Below, in pieces: positions 47,624-61,086 of a stretch of DNA of 64,000 nucleotides; position 1 is the first letter of the stretch; every line of letters starts with the position of its first letter. The position numbers were made by a program, and so were the translations under genes. The DNA is taken from assembly GCA_965287045.1 (NCBI GenBank), contig OZ336874.1, positions 71,858,001 through 71,922,000 on the forward strand. Direction: 5' to 3'. Origin of the DNA: Carcharhinus amblyrhynchos (lineage: Eukaryota). Under the pieces are notes generated by a model that saw nothing but the letters and a program-made list of their open reading frames with translations, was not told where the DNA came from and did not search any database.

Positions 47624-50600
47624 ATCATAATATTATCATTGTTTGCATTCATTCACAATTATCAAACACCTTTGAATAAAGTTGTAAGGTATTTCACAGA
47701 GGGGAAACAAACACTGAGGAATGGTGGAAGAATGAAGCAGAGTTGACAAAAATTATGGTGGAAAAAAGTGGCAAGGCAGGCTTCATGGATCGGAGAGAAA
47801 ACAAGAGTACTAATGATATGACTGAATTCAATATTTCAAGTTACTGGTGGGATTAGAAGTAATTTGCAATCAGAATTTAGTGCAGGATGGGATGTAGGCA
47901 GAAAATTACAAGTTACTGTTTGTTTCTGGAGAAACTCAAAACAAGCGTTGGAAAAGTCAAATCTGTCAAAAACAAAAATGCAGACAAGGCTTCATGATAC
48001 TGGAGGTGGGATGAGGGTGGTACTGGAAATAAACAGCCGCATTGATGAATAGGCTATGAAATTTGAAAGTCAGCTCTGGAACAAGTAGCACACAGCAGAT
48101 TTTTTCAAACCATCTGCTGCAGCCTGAGCAAGTAATTGGAAGGAAGGACATCACCAGACAAAGGTACAGAATTTGTAGCAGGAAACCAATAAGATGGTTT
48201 CAACTTTCTTGATGCTAATTTCTGGGGCATTCTGGCTCCTTCAGTAGGACATTTGGGGCAATGAGTGGTGAACTTTCTTTAATGAATACAATTCATCTAC
48301 TATTGGAAATATTACCAATTAAATGTTTAAAATTTATTTTATGGTTCTCAAATCATGATTGTATGCTAGAGCGATGATTTATTAAAATGGCCTTAGGAAT
48401 CAATCAAGATTCATCTAAGAAAAGTAAATGCTATGGCAACCCTTGAATACTGATGGTTACCAGGAAGATAGCCTTAAATTTTCACTAATTATACTAACAA
48501 AGCAAAGAGTAAAGTACATTAAGATTAATAACTTTTGAACAGAATTCATTTGTAATTAATGTAATGCTCCATTAAATGAAGAATGATTATAGTACAAAGT
48601 TGGATAAAATTATCATTTATGTATCCAAACTGCGGCAACCTCTACTTAGAAATTTAAGCACAGAAGGAAGTAATTCAGCCCATTGTATGATACCAGTGCT
48701 GCTTTTACAATAAGGTTATCTAAACCAATCTCATTGCTATCCCTTTCCCTCAGAGTTGATGTGTGGTGGTGGCAAAACGATGTGTGTGTAGTCTATGGTA
48801 TTCAGCACCAGAGGAAAGCCTGCAATACTAGTCAAGCTGCCTGCCAACTGTCCCTGCTTTTCTCATAGAAGAGAGAATGAAGTTTGGTTAGCTTCCGATG
48901 AATAGACGGATGGCCTCAGTGATTTGTTGTAAGACGTTGCAGCTATCTCTAAATTCAACCCGGCAGGAATCACACACATGAAAGCTTATCACCACTGTCA
49001 CTGTCACAGTAATTGGTATAGGAGTTCTGTCCTATTCAGAATCTGCAGTTGTAGCCACTGTCGGGTCAGATTTCATTGAGGACCGAATATAGAAACACAG
49101 ATGCCCCACATATTAACTCTCACTGAGGTTCAGGTCGGAAAATTGCTCACTGAACATCCTCGATGAGCATCTCCTACCAAGACCGCTTCTCCCACTTCCC
49201 CTCTCCCCACTTCTAGTATCTTGCCCTGCTTTCCATGGCTTCTGTTCATTCTCCATTCCATACTCTATTCCCGAATGCCTATAAGTTCGGCCATGTCTGA
49301 AAGTAACTGATTAATTCCAAAACCTTAAAGTCAGCAAAAGATTCATCTGCCGCACCACTTGCTGGAGACATTTTGCAACTTGGAAACAACTATGGACAAT
49401 ACCAAGCACTTTTAAAATCATAGCAGGAGCCAGAGAAATCAACTGCGTCTACTCTCTAGATAGTTGATGATTTCTTTAAATAGTGCTGGTGTGAAGTCCT
49501 TCCTGTTGCTGAATGTGTATTCAGCTATGCGGGGTTAAGAGAAGGTGTTGGTTGGAGTGCTAAGCTGTTATTAAATCACCATTGCACAACCTCTGGTGGC
49601 CATTCACTGCATGGGAAGTAACACCTGCTCCAAAATAGATCTGGCACAATTCGCCCCACAATATGCACACACGCTGTGTCCGCCAGTTCGGAACTCCATC
49701 CAGCATACTCTGAAAAATGTAAGAGAACACTCGCAAAGAGTATAATTTTATATATTGATTTCCATTATGTCAAAATTTGGGTTTGAAAAGGTATTTGCCC
49801 TTAAAACATTAAGATGAATAACTGGTGTTGCAGGAGTACCACTGATACCAAGTGATTTCAGATCCTCACCATCAGGTCAGGTGAGCTGAGGTAGAATGCC
49901 TCCCTTCTTTTCCCACTCTGTGCTTGACTGTAACAGGGTTTTTTTTAAGGATGTGCATGTCAATTCATTGAGTCTTTAAATGTTTATGTGCCATGACAAT
50001 AAAAAGCACACAGAGACAGGTTTCCTTGTAACATTTTAAAAGGAAAAAAGAATCATAGTTATTGGACTTAACATCCAGGCTAAAGAAAATAATAAAAATA
50101 CTCCAACTTTAATGCATATGTTAACTAATGGATTCACATGTGCACACACACATATGGGAGTCAGATTAAGTAGCTTTTTAAAGTCTAGTATTAATTAGTG
50201 ATATGCAGATCTTGTAGATTGATAACTTGGATAATTTCAGATTGGGCTCAAAGGTCCCTCAGGATTCGACATCGAGGTAGTTTAAAGATACTGTTAGACA
50301 ATCATTGCTTCTGGAAACAGCAGCTGCTGGGTTAATTTGTAAAATGATGCCTGTGTCATTTTGATGGTTGGACAGCAGTCAGGGCTCTGGTGTGCAGGAT
50401 GGATGAAGAGAAAGAGAGAGAGAGTATGCCACTCTCAGGGTCTTATCTCTTCAGTCTCTCATCTGCTTCTCCTTATGGCCTGGAAGAAAACAATTTCTGG
50501 AAGCAAATAACTTTCTTTTATGTTCATCACATGCTCCCTTCTCGCCGCCTGACCAATTACCCAAACATAGTCATATCTAGTTGATTCCAGTCTGCGGTTT

Positions 50601-50811
50601 ACAGGATTGGATTCTGAACAAATTTCTTTTGCAGCAAGAGTCCATTGTCCAAAGTGATTACATATAATGCTTGGTCATCGTCCAGTTGAATACACAGGTG
50701 ATTGAATATTTTATGAATGGATCGAGAGAAGATCCATTCACACTCCACCAAGGTGATTGTCTCTGGGATTTTCTAAACAGGCTGAGTCCATTTTAATAGC
50801 TTTGGAATTTT

Positions 50812-50960
50812 TTGATTTGATTTATTATTGTCAAGTGAATTAGTATACAGGGAAAAGTATTGTTTCTTGCGCTCTATACAGACAAAACATACCATATAGA
50901 GAAGGAAAGGAGAGAGTGTAGAATGCAGTGTTACAGTCATGGCTAGGGTGTAAGGAAAGA
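50812..50960 (-). mobile_element. 3' tail of a non-LTR retroelement ending (TCAAA)n; second copy at 63735-63930
   Basis: TTTGATTTGATTTATTATTGTCA..AAAAGTATTG-TTCTTGCGC-CTATACAGACAAAACATAC..GTGTTACAGTCAT-GCT-GGGTGTA is shared by both copies. Confidence 0.8.
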
Positions 50961-52029
50961 GGTACAATGATGCAAATGTTCAGCCTGTTTAGGAGCTGTT
51001 GTTTTAAGTTACTGCAATGCTGTTTCAGTCTTTTAAAACTCAACCAGTAATTCTCAGCCTAAGAACTACCTAAAGTAATTTTTGATTTAAAGTAGAGCCT
51101 TGTAAAGAGATTGTTTAGAATATTACACAATGTTGGAATATTGGCTTAAGTGATTCTTATATTGTAAACAATCTGCTAGCACAGGCCTAGTGACAACATT
51201 AAAAAGCATATTGATATGGCGATAAAAAACCTTTTATTTCCCATTATGTGTTGCTATCATTATGTTGAATAAACCTAGTGACAGCAATGCTTCACAATTG
51301 GAACCTTAATAATCTATGAATGGCAAAAGTAGAAACCTTGAACAGCTTTCATTCCTTTTTCCTGTTCCAGTATAAGCTGTTATGGAATGTTTATACCTGA
51401 TTACTGCTTTAAATTGAGTTGTATTATCTCCTGTCATGCAAGGCAGATCTGAGGATGTGAATATCTTTACCCAGCTCGATACACTGTGCAATGCTTGCAC
51501 ATGACACACATATTGATCTTCAGTCATCATGTTCCTGTACCCAAGGCCTCCCACAGTGAAGTAAAACTGCCTGATTTTGGTAGAGGTGAGATGAGGCCAT
51601 ATCTTTGTGCCTCCACAATTACTGCTTGTATTTATCGAGCAGCTAAAATGAACCAATTCACTTGCCAAGGGCAAAACCAAATAAAATGTGACACTGAGCC
51701 ACAAAAGGAGATATTAGGTCAAATAAGGTCATACAAAATAGCAGATGTTTAAAAACTTGTTCGAAGGTCTAAATGTTAAGGTGTGCCTGAGAAGTTTAGG
51801 AAGAGAAATTATGTTTATGACCATGGTAGCTGAAGCCATGGCCGCCAGTTGTGTGGCAGTTAAAATTGGGGATATTTATGAGGCAAAAATTGGAGAACTC
51901 AGATAACTCAGAGTGTTTTAGGGCTGCAGGAGATTAGTCAGTGCCGCTTGCCAGCAAACTAGCCTTGATATAACTTTCAGGAATTTTCAGAGAGCAATTT
52001 GTGATATGATGGGTATTTAGTTGTGTCTT

Positions 52030-52480
52030 AGTGATAGTACTCTCACCTTTGAGTCAGCAGGTCATGGTTCAAGACCTTCCAGAAAATCATGAATTTATGT
52101 AAGTGACAAATAAGAAAGGACCCATTAGAGCAGATAATCTCAATGCAGTGCAGTATCGAGGGAGTTTTCCACTGTTGGAGGTAATGAGATGCTAAACCAT
52201 GGCATCATCTGTCTCTGACATGGATATAAGGAGTCTTATTTTCTATTCTAAGTACAGGGGAATTCTCCTGTTGGCCAAGCCAATATTTATTTAATAACCA
52301 ACATAAATAAAACATATCATTTGGTCATTATCGCATTTCTTTTTGTCAGGCCTTGCTGTGTGCATCTCGGCTATTGCATTTCCAACATTACAACTGTAAC
52401 TATATTGTATTACAGCAAGTACTTAATTAGTAGTGAAATGTGTAAGATCATGGAAGGTGCCATATAAATGCAAGTTCTCT
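52030..52480 (+). mobile_element. SacSINE1-like DeuSINE, near full length
   Basis: Head GATAGTACTCTCACCTTTGAGTCAGCAGGTCATGGTTCAAGACC, Deu-domain CAGTATCGAGGGAG..CACTGTTGGAGGT..GAGATGCTAAACC, tail GAAGGTGCCATATAAATGCAAGTTCT. Confidence 0.8.
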
Positions 52481-53659
52481 GTTTCTGTCTTCCCTTACGA
52501 TGGTGAGTTGAAGATGACAGAATTTTAGCACACTATTATTATAACATTTTATTGTAATTCAGGTTTGAAATGAAAATTTGGTATTGAAACTCTATTAATA
52601 TGCAAATCCATAGTGGGTTTAGAGGAATTTGCATAACAATCTGATACTTGTGTAATTAACAGCTATGGGACATTGCCCTTGAATGGCCGGTATTGTTAGA
52701 ACCAGCTACTGGTAATAAATGGCCATAATTTTCCTGACTACCCCTGCTATCAGCTTCTACAGTGATCATGTGGCTGTAGCAAATGAAGTATAGAATTAAA
52801 AATACATTAGAGGAAAAACGCAGAAACATATAAATGTCAACTACATGCATCCACAATTTTGCACTCCTTTTGTTTTCTCTACATGTGTGCAGTAGGAAGA
52901 ATAAGCTTACGGAAGAGAAAACAAGGGTTCTTTGGGAATCTAGGAGCAGTGATTTGGAAAAAGAGCAGCCAAGATTTTGGCTGCATCATGGAAACTTCAT
53001 GACCTATCAAATGGAGGATGGACCCAGGTCAAGTTGTACTGACAATGCGCTTGGCAGAAACCATTTTCCTTTGGGGGAAGGATGGGATTGCTATTGTAGT
53101 GGGAAGTCATTCCCACATGTGGGAAACTCAAGTTCAACAGTACCATTTGAACTCAATGTTGGACCTTTTTTTGCTGGAAAATGTATCATTTCCCACTGTG
53201 TTTGAATTACAGATTTTTGGAACTGTAAATGCCCTTGAAACATGCATAAGATGTGCAGAACTGCCTTGCATTCAAGGTATTTAAGTCCTTGGCCCTTTAA
53301 AGTTCAAAATAACACCTGGCTTCATCTGAGAGTTTAAATAAAATTTCTTCCAGCAATTTCGGTCGCCGTTTGTTGACATTACTCTAAGTGCCATCATTCT
53401 TGCATTATTAATGGTTGACTGCTTTTAGCAACCTATCATCACAAACGGTGAGGGGGGGGAGGTTGCAGTTTGATTGACATTTCAAGTAGGCTATTAAAGG
53501 ATTAGTTTTTGTGGAGTCATGAATACAAATGTTTGTTTTCATAAAGGATTAAGTGATTGATGGGATTTAAATTTATTAAATGGGCTTTCATGAATGAGAG
53601 TTTTTTTATATAGTGAAGATATTTAGAACTTTGTTTTAATTCATCCCAGCACAACCCCT

Positions 53660-54230
53660 GAGATCTGCCCATGGTACATACTAGTTAAGTTGGCATAGAT
53701 GTTGTAAGAGCTTGGAGTGTAGGGAGGGAGAGAGGTGTGCCATGAATTGGCACAAAATTGCCATAGGAGCCATAATAGGCAGTGGGGTGGATAAAGAATC
53801 ATGAGTTAACACTAAGTTGGCATAGGGGCTGTAAGAAGCCATTGAGTTGGTTGGGGTCATTGTTTGGCACAGGTTGACATATATGGGCATGGAGAGTGGG
53901 CAGTGGGTGAGGGGATGTGAGGGGTGTGAACCAAAGAGCTTAATGTTTAAGGATATAACTGGAATTGTGTCCCAGAGAATCAAATAGGCCTTTTAAGCAG
54001 CCCCCCTTGGAATATGGCAGCCCCGTGGCGAAGTGCAGCTTGTATTATATTCCACCTCTCCCCCCACCACTGGAACAAAGATATACCTGCCTCAGAGACA
54101 CTGTCCCCACATACCTGTCTCAGGAGCAAACATCCAGGCCAATGTTTTCCTATTTGTGGGATTTGAGAACTGAGTTCACACACCTTTTTAGTGTTCAAGA
54201 ATTAGAATAGTTTGGGTGTGAAAGTCAGGG
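53660..54230. repeat. Decayed element with internal degenerate tandem repeats (GTTGGCAT/GGCATAGG units)
   Basis: Recurrent AAGTTGGCATAG, ATTGGCAC, TTTGGCAC and GGGCATGG units at 53688-53895. Confidence 0.4.
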
Positions 54231-55313
54231 GTGAGGTGGGCCTGTGCCAATTTAGGAGTGTGTCTCCTGATGTGTTTTTGCAACACTAAACGGGTTATTC
54301 AATGAATTCAAAAAGACCTAGTTTACATTATTAACCACTGACTGCTGGCCTGAGGTCTATTCCGGGTGTCATTTGCAATAAGTATCGGATCTGCCCTCTT
54401 TACAATAGTCCTTGAAATGCAGGAGGTCATATGACAGCGATTGAGCTGTACTTGCTTATACTGCTTCAAGATAATTGCATTGCAGCAACATCAGAACACA
54501 CTGCCTTGTTAGCATATTTTATTATCAGATGATGGAGGTTATAATCCTTGTCAGAGTAGCATTGGGCAGTCTCTGATGCTGGCTCAATAGTTATCCTAAG
54601 GCAGATAGGTAAGTTTGTGTGCAGACATTGTTCTGGACTGCACAGTTGTCAACCACGGCACAAGATTTGAATGTGTAATGGATTAATTGTTGAATATATT
54701 GCAGTGTTGATTTTAGGTATGCAATTACACAGGGTTCAGCAGAATGTAAATTAAATTCTATTTTGGAATTGATAATTAAAAGTTGGCACAAAAGGACATT
54801 TGAATAAATTTTTTCCAGGCCAGTTAGTGTCAGCAAGACATTGATGCCAGGTTTGAAATCTTTGGTCCATTTAACTCCATTCTTACTTGTTTACTCTTTT
54901 CTGTTTGATTTATTTTGCAATCCAGAAGATTGTGAATTGTCCAAAATAAAAACAACTGAGTGATTTTGAAAAGCATTTGGAATATGGGGATAAGAATTTT
55001 TCCAATTTCTATCCTGATACATTAGTTGGAAATGCTTTACCTAGATACTCAAATGAATTTTTGAATGTAGGCAAAGCATTATCTCTTTTTCCCTCATTTC
55101 TCTTTTAGTCTTGGTCTCTTCATTCTTTCTCTCTATTCCCCTCTGTCTTGATTTCTGAACAATGGATGTATATGTGAAATGCAAAATAATGCTATTTCTC
55201 ATTACCAATCTTTCACAGTCATAGTTAAAACCCCTGATTGGATACAAAGTTGACATTATTTTCCTTCCTCCGCAGGCTTAAGTGAAAACAAGACGTGAGC
55301 TAGCTGCGCTACT

Positions 55314-55413
55314 ATGAAGTCTGAGGCCTTGCTGCTATATTTTTCGCTACTACATTTTGTTGGGGCTGGTTTCCCCGAAGACTCTGAGCCTATCAGTATT
55401 GCACATGGCAACT
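55314..55413 (+). CDS. SEMA6A: Semaphorin-6A, first coding exon (exon starts at 55276; signal peptide)
   Basis: MKSEALLLYFSLLHFVGAGFPEDSEPISIAHGN, nearly identical to the recalled human N-terminus MRSEALLLYFTLLHFAGAGFPEDSEPISISHGN. Acceptor TTCCTTCCTCCGCAG|, donor |GTAAGT, 100 coding nt, phase 1. Confidence 0.97.
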
Positions 55414-55748
55414 GTAAGTTTTCGAGTAAAATTTGTTATTTGCTGACTTAAGTGTAAACTCCAAAAATAAAAGGGAGAATGTTGTGAAATGGTGCATCTG
55501 TACGGAGTTAGTTAAATGTCTTTAACACAGAATAGTGGATAAAACAAATGCAATTTCCTTCCAAGTGAGCATTTTTCATTTTATGATGAAATTAGTGTCC
55601 CTGCTGGCTTGTAACAAGGATTACAGGAATGAATGCTTGTGAAATCTGCTGTGATATTACTTTACTGCCTTGGGGTACAAAGAGTGAAGGGCTAAGTGTG
55701 AGAATTGCAATTCAGGCTGATGTAGTTACATTCTTTCTCCTCTAACAG

Positions 55749-55866
55749 ATACGAAACAATATCCGGTATTTTTGGGTCACAAACCAGGTCGAAATAGCAC
55801 ACTAAGACACAAGCTGGACATTCAGCTGATTGTGAAAATGAATCGAACACTCTACATTGCTGCTAG
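55749..55866 (+). CDS. SEMA6A: Semaphorin-6A, second coding exon (start of Sema domain)
   Basis: (Y)TKQYPVFLGHKPGRNSTLRHKLDIQLIVKMNRTLYIAA(R). Acceptor TCTCCTCTAACAG|, donor AG|GTCAGT, 118 nt, in frame with the previous exon. Confidence 0.97.
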
Positions 55867-58800
55867 GTCAGTATTGTTTCACTAACTTGTCCTTATTGAC
55901 CAGTGTTCTGAAATGTCCCAACGAAAGTTGTTCTAATTCTCGTGTAATCTCATGAAGAGATTAATTTAAGTGAGCAGTTTTAGGCAACAGGCTTGTATTT
56001 GCTTGCAGATGTAAGAGATGGTTTTGTGTCCATTGAATCATTTTACAGTGTTGTTTCATGTATAGGCACAAAATACATGGAATAAAAGTTGGCCATTCAG
56101 CCCCCGTGATCGTATTCTGCCATTCAGTTAGAACCTTAGCTAATCTGTACCATAACTCCTTACAGAATAGTACTGGGAGGAGTTAGACACAAGGACACCT
56201 GGACATTCCTTGGATTGTAAGTGATGTTGAAGTTGAGTCTTGCTGTCAGGGCATTGTAGCTTTGAGTTGATGCTTGCTATTCCTACATTTGTAATTAGGG
56301 ACAGTGGGGAGTATTTTGACCTGTGTTGGTGTAAAGCAGATGATGACAAATTAGCAGCATGTTTTATATCTGTCCTCATTTTTCTTCCTATTGAAGTTAG
56401 GTAAATTGGAAGAGATATAAAACAGGTGGCTGATTCACCAACACCCATTTCCCACTATTACATTATATAAACTTTAACCCTGTGAGTCTTGATTGTTTTC
56501 ATTCCATAGTCTGCAATATAAAATATTAATATATAAATCAGTAGCCTGCCACCTTTACAAATTGAGCATAACAAACATAACTAGACAAACTTTGCAATAG
56601 GATTGCAATCTGAAATTAGAAGTCACTGTTTCCATGACAGTGATTTGGAAAATGTGTTTTTCCTTGTTGGTTCACAACAGATGATGGTGTGAAACATGTT
56701 GTTTCATTTGTATTGAGTGTTAGAATGCCAAAAATAACTCTGCACTCCATCCTCCCAAAACGTAAATACGAATTCCACTTAGATCCTGCCCATTTAGAGG
56801 AGGGTATAATACTATTTTTACACTTACCCTAATGTAGAGGGATCATGTTCAGGAAGTAGAAGGTCATTTTTGCACAATGGAATTAATTTACTGCCTGAGA
56901 TAAAATTATGGAAGCTAAATCCAATTTTGAAGCTGGAGACTGCAGAAGGAAAGTTATTTGGACTCTGGGAGCTCCTATAACTCAATTAGTGTTGGACAGC
57001 TAAAAAGAATATCAAAAAGAAAATGGTGGAAAGGAAGATAGAGAATTCATCTTTCTGTCAGCAGGATAGTAATCAGGTTTATGCATGGGTCTGCTTTGTG
57101 ATAGTTTGGAAAGGTCTTTCTTTTTCAGTAAAGTTAGTACCCATTTGGCTTTCATAACTTTTAAAGCAGAAGATTTAAGGGAAACCTTTTTATGGCGAAG
57201 ATAGCCTGTTGTATGTTTTCTATCTATGAATAGAATGGTATAGTTTTTTTTCCAGAGAGAAACATGCTATTTCATTTTCGTTGCAATGGTATCACCTGCA
57301 AGGAGGTGCTATTCAACTTAATTTGCAGCACTGTTTACAAACCATGCTTATCCGACAAATATTTGTGAAGATGTCTTTATAAGTTTATTGTTTTAGCTGC
57401 CTTGGCAGTTAAGTACTGGCAGAACGCAAATTAAGGAAATCCAATTCACCTTAATCTCCAATATACTGTGTATTGGATTATATTCTGAAGAACAGGTTCC
57501 TCTTCAATAATTTGAGTGATGCGAAATTACCTTTTGAAATGGCTTGTGTTTCATCCAAAAGGTTTTGATGGGATAAAAATGATGTTTAGTTCAATAGCTG
57601 TGAGGAGAGGAGCATCCCGTGTTGTTTTATTCTCAACCAAAGGCATGATCCACTGTGCCCATTTTCCCTTCCATCTTCCTCTGGAGAGTTAGCTGAGGCA
57701 CCCTCCATGGATACTAATCCCCACCCAATATCTCACCCATGTGCCAATTCGTCATTTATGAGCAGTGGTAGGAATCCTAACAATTTCCTCTTCTCTTTCC
57801 CCGATCTCCCTTGCACTAACCACTAACCTACACCAGGATGCAGACAGCAATTTTAGCAACTTTGCCACTGCTTTTACTAATAGCAGAACCAGGACTCTTT
57901 GACCTTGTTTGTCATCATGTGTACATGTTTAGGGAAAAAAAGCTTCTGTCTCAAGAAGATGGTGTCCTTTAAGTTTTTCCGATAACACAGTTCCATGTAA
58001 AAATAATAGTATTTTTGTTGAGACAACGTATTTAATAAATTGCTTGTGCCATATAGAACTGGCCATTTCAATAATTGGCTGTACTGATTACATCTACCAG
58101 AACATAGTAGACAGTAGATGACATGAGAACAACAAATTAGTATACCCAAAATCAATTCAATTTCTAAATAGTTTCTATTGAAATCAGTCAAGAGTTTGCG
58201 CAGATGTCCATTTAATGGCACCTAAATAGAAAATAAGGAAATGGGTTTAGCAGCTCAAGATAACTACTCTCTCCCCTCACAGCAAACCTTCCTGCCTATT
58301 CTGTTCTCACAGAGGGAGTGTGTGCAGGAGAATTTAAAAATAGCCCTGCATCTGATGTACTAATGGTTTCCCCCTTAGGAAGATTGGTGGATATTTGTAA
58401 AGAAAGTGCAGTTCTCAGCAACATGTAAGCAATTTGACATTTCACAAAGGAAAACTTAGCAAACACAATGGACTATTTGTCTGCATATGGTTTTGAATGA
58501 GTGAATGAAGTGCATTAGGCTCAAAGCACTATTTAATGCTTTGCAATTGTCGACATTGCAATTTCATTTTAACATTTACAGTGAAGGAACGTGCCACTTT
58601 GAGCATGTCCTTGTCAAGTATAAACAGTGTTTTGTTTATTGCTTAAAGTCAGATGATATCACCTCTAGGAAGGTTTCAAGTTAAGGGTATATGCAAGGGT
58701 GAATTTTAAAAATGCACAGCCAAGGGTTTCAAATTTGCTGTTTGTCTTTCTTTCAGGTTGGTGTCTTATGTCTACCTCTCCATATACAGTTACATTAAGG

Positions 58801-59389
58801 GGATCTAATTGTACTTGTCAGTGTTCTGTAATGGAAAGACCTGGTGTGCTTTAGGTGTGAGAAATTGTATCTCTGGCAATTCTGTATATGATGTACAGCT
58901 GTATACTGACTCTCCTTTTCTACTATTACATTGGTAGAAATGATCTTATCAGCAGAGGCTCTGTTCAACCTTCAGAGTTTAACACCAAAACTTTCTGGAG
59001 CCTTCCAGCAGTACTTAAGGTTTCTCATTTACTTGATAAGGACATACAGATCATTTGGTTCCATCAGTATAGATTGGAAATGGCGGCTGGAAAAAAATGG
59101 GGAATACTTCGGCTGGGTTTTCTGTGAAATCAGCAAAATCAGAAAGCAGGCGGGGAAATCGATTCAGAAATTGATCTGTCAGTGGCAATGGTGGCCTTTT
59201 CAGGAATTTCTTGCATCACTTTGTTGAAAAAAATTGAGAGGCAAGAGTTTTATATTGGATCGCTGGCGGGGTGGCCTCTGATTCAAATGCCCCACTGTAA
59301 CTTTGGGCTTTGTAGCCCAGGTGCCATATTAAAGGGTGCCCTGCCCAGAAGCAAGCATTTTCTAAGGGATCAAGTGGTACCAGAAAGTC

Positions 59390-60500
59390 ATGGCTTCCAA
59401 ATGGAGGAAACATGCTGCCCAAAATTCAGTGATGTCTCTCTCGAGCACCTGCTTCACGGAATAGAGACCCTCTGTGAAGTCCTCCATTTCCACTCTGGGT
59501 GAAGAGCTTCATCCAAGGTGACAAATCCAGCATGGGAGGCAATGATCAGCATCAGTGACCTGCAAAAGAGGACAGCCTCACAGTGCAGGAAGAGGATGAA
59601 TGTTCTCCTCCGTTCCACAGGGTAAGTCACTCTTATCACTCTCAACTCACACACTCATATCCATCACAAATGCACAGGGATCTCACCACTGCCAGCTCAA
59701 GGGACATTACCACCCACTCTCTCTGACTCACAACCAGAGAGGCCCTAGACTGGTGATAAAATGCCCAAACTGAAAACCCTCACCAATTTTTAGAATTAAG
59801 CCATCCAGCTGGCCAGCAAGGATGGATGAGGGCTGTTCCTGCGCTGACAGTGAGGTCAGTGGCATTCAACTAAGTGAGGATCCTGCACTACAACATCCAT
59901 CAGACAGCCACACTGTGAGTGATGTCTCCTGTTCTGAAGCATCCTGTCATGTAATAGTGAGCTCTCCATTATCTCACAGGCACACCTGGGAAGCAGCCAA
60001 GGATGTCCACAAGTCAAGCCCTTGTCTCAAGGTCCAAAGACACCTCAGAAGGTGAATCTGATGACGAACTAACTGAAGACCCATCACAGTGTTCACCCAC
60101 GCCCTCCATCAGTGCAGAGACACACAACTCAGTGGACCTAGTTCTAGAGTAGAGTACAGTCTGGCGAGTACATCGCAATGACTGAATCACAACAAGTGGA
60201 GGCAGGGACCTCCCATGGTGCTGGCACTGGGAGGATTACTGGAGGCCAGGAATCTGCTGAAGCTGAGTTAGATGAGGATTCCCTGCACTTGGTGCTGCCT
60301 CAGTTGCTGGAGCTGCAAAGACAAGCTGAATAACATTGGGAGGGTTGTCTGCTGCATTCCTTGAATTGTAAGACAGTGTGAAGAAGTCCACCTTCAGACT
60401 GAGGCAATCGTGCCAACATGCCAACGCACCAAGGTCAACATCAGTCGGCTGGTGATCGCCATGGTGATCAAGACATTGGTCTTGCACTGCACTTCATCAC
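59390..60500 (+). pseudogene. Harbinger Myb/SANT-like DNA-binding protein gene, disrupted (exon 1 59390-59621; downstream extent approximate)
   Basis: PKFSDVSLEHLLHGIETLCEVLHFHSG*RASSKVTNPAWEAMISISDLQKRTASQCRKRMNVLLRS, then donor G|GTAAGT at 59621/22. F-S..L..W..R...QC.K.M pattern of Harbinger Myb-like proteins. Confidence 0.78.
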
Positions 60501-60747
60501 TGAGGTATCTGCACAAAATGAAGTTACAAGGTGCACCCCAGGGGCCTGTCCTCTGTGTAGTGCAGAACCTTTTGACCACAGTGATTGTCCTATTTCAAAG
60601 TCATTGCCCACATCAGTGATGTCTGCACCATGATGTTGATTGTGTTCGCTGCAAGAACCTTGATATTGTTGGGTCACATGATGTGGTGTGTGAGAACCTT
60701 GGAGTTGAGGCTGCCTCCATCCTTCCCTCCTGCACTCTGGACAGAAG

Positions 60748-60932
60748 TGGGTGTGATATGAAGGGGACAGGTAATTATTGACAGAAGTAAGTGTGAAATG
60801 AAGGGGAAGGTGATTATTGATGGATGTGGATATAATGTGAAGGGGACAGCTGAGTATTGACATGTGGGTATGAAGGGGATAGGTGATTATTGGTAGATGT
60901 GGGTGTGCAATGAAGGGGATGGGTGATTATGC
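60748..60932. repeat. Minisatellite, ~5 degenerate units of ~36-41 bp
   Basis: Repeated TGAAGGGGA(CA)GGTGATTATTGA..ATGTGGGTGTG core. Confidence 0.85.
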
Positions 60933-61086
60933 TGAGAAAGGATCATGCGCATTAGAAGTCAATGTTCCTGCTGTATTCTGCCACGCTTTGCGTGAGATGA
61001 GACTCTGCACAGTGTGTGAGTGCACTGACTCTTGCCCAACTGTGCTGGACACTCCCAGTTGCTATCTTGTCCTCTCAGGAGAATCC

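Noticed and set aside
48801-48821. REST/RE1 site (TTCAGCACCAGAGGAAAGCC)
   Set aside because: The left half matches, but the spacer is 3 nt and the right half deviates from GGACAG, so it is not a canonical site.
49810-51130. Possible solo LTR
   Set aside because: The composition is suggestive, but I could not find convincing TG..CA termini, a TSD or a second copy.
60748-60932. CRISPR-like array
   Set aside because: Eukaryotic DNA, with degenerate tandem units and no unique spacers.
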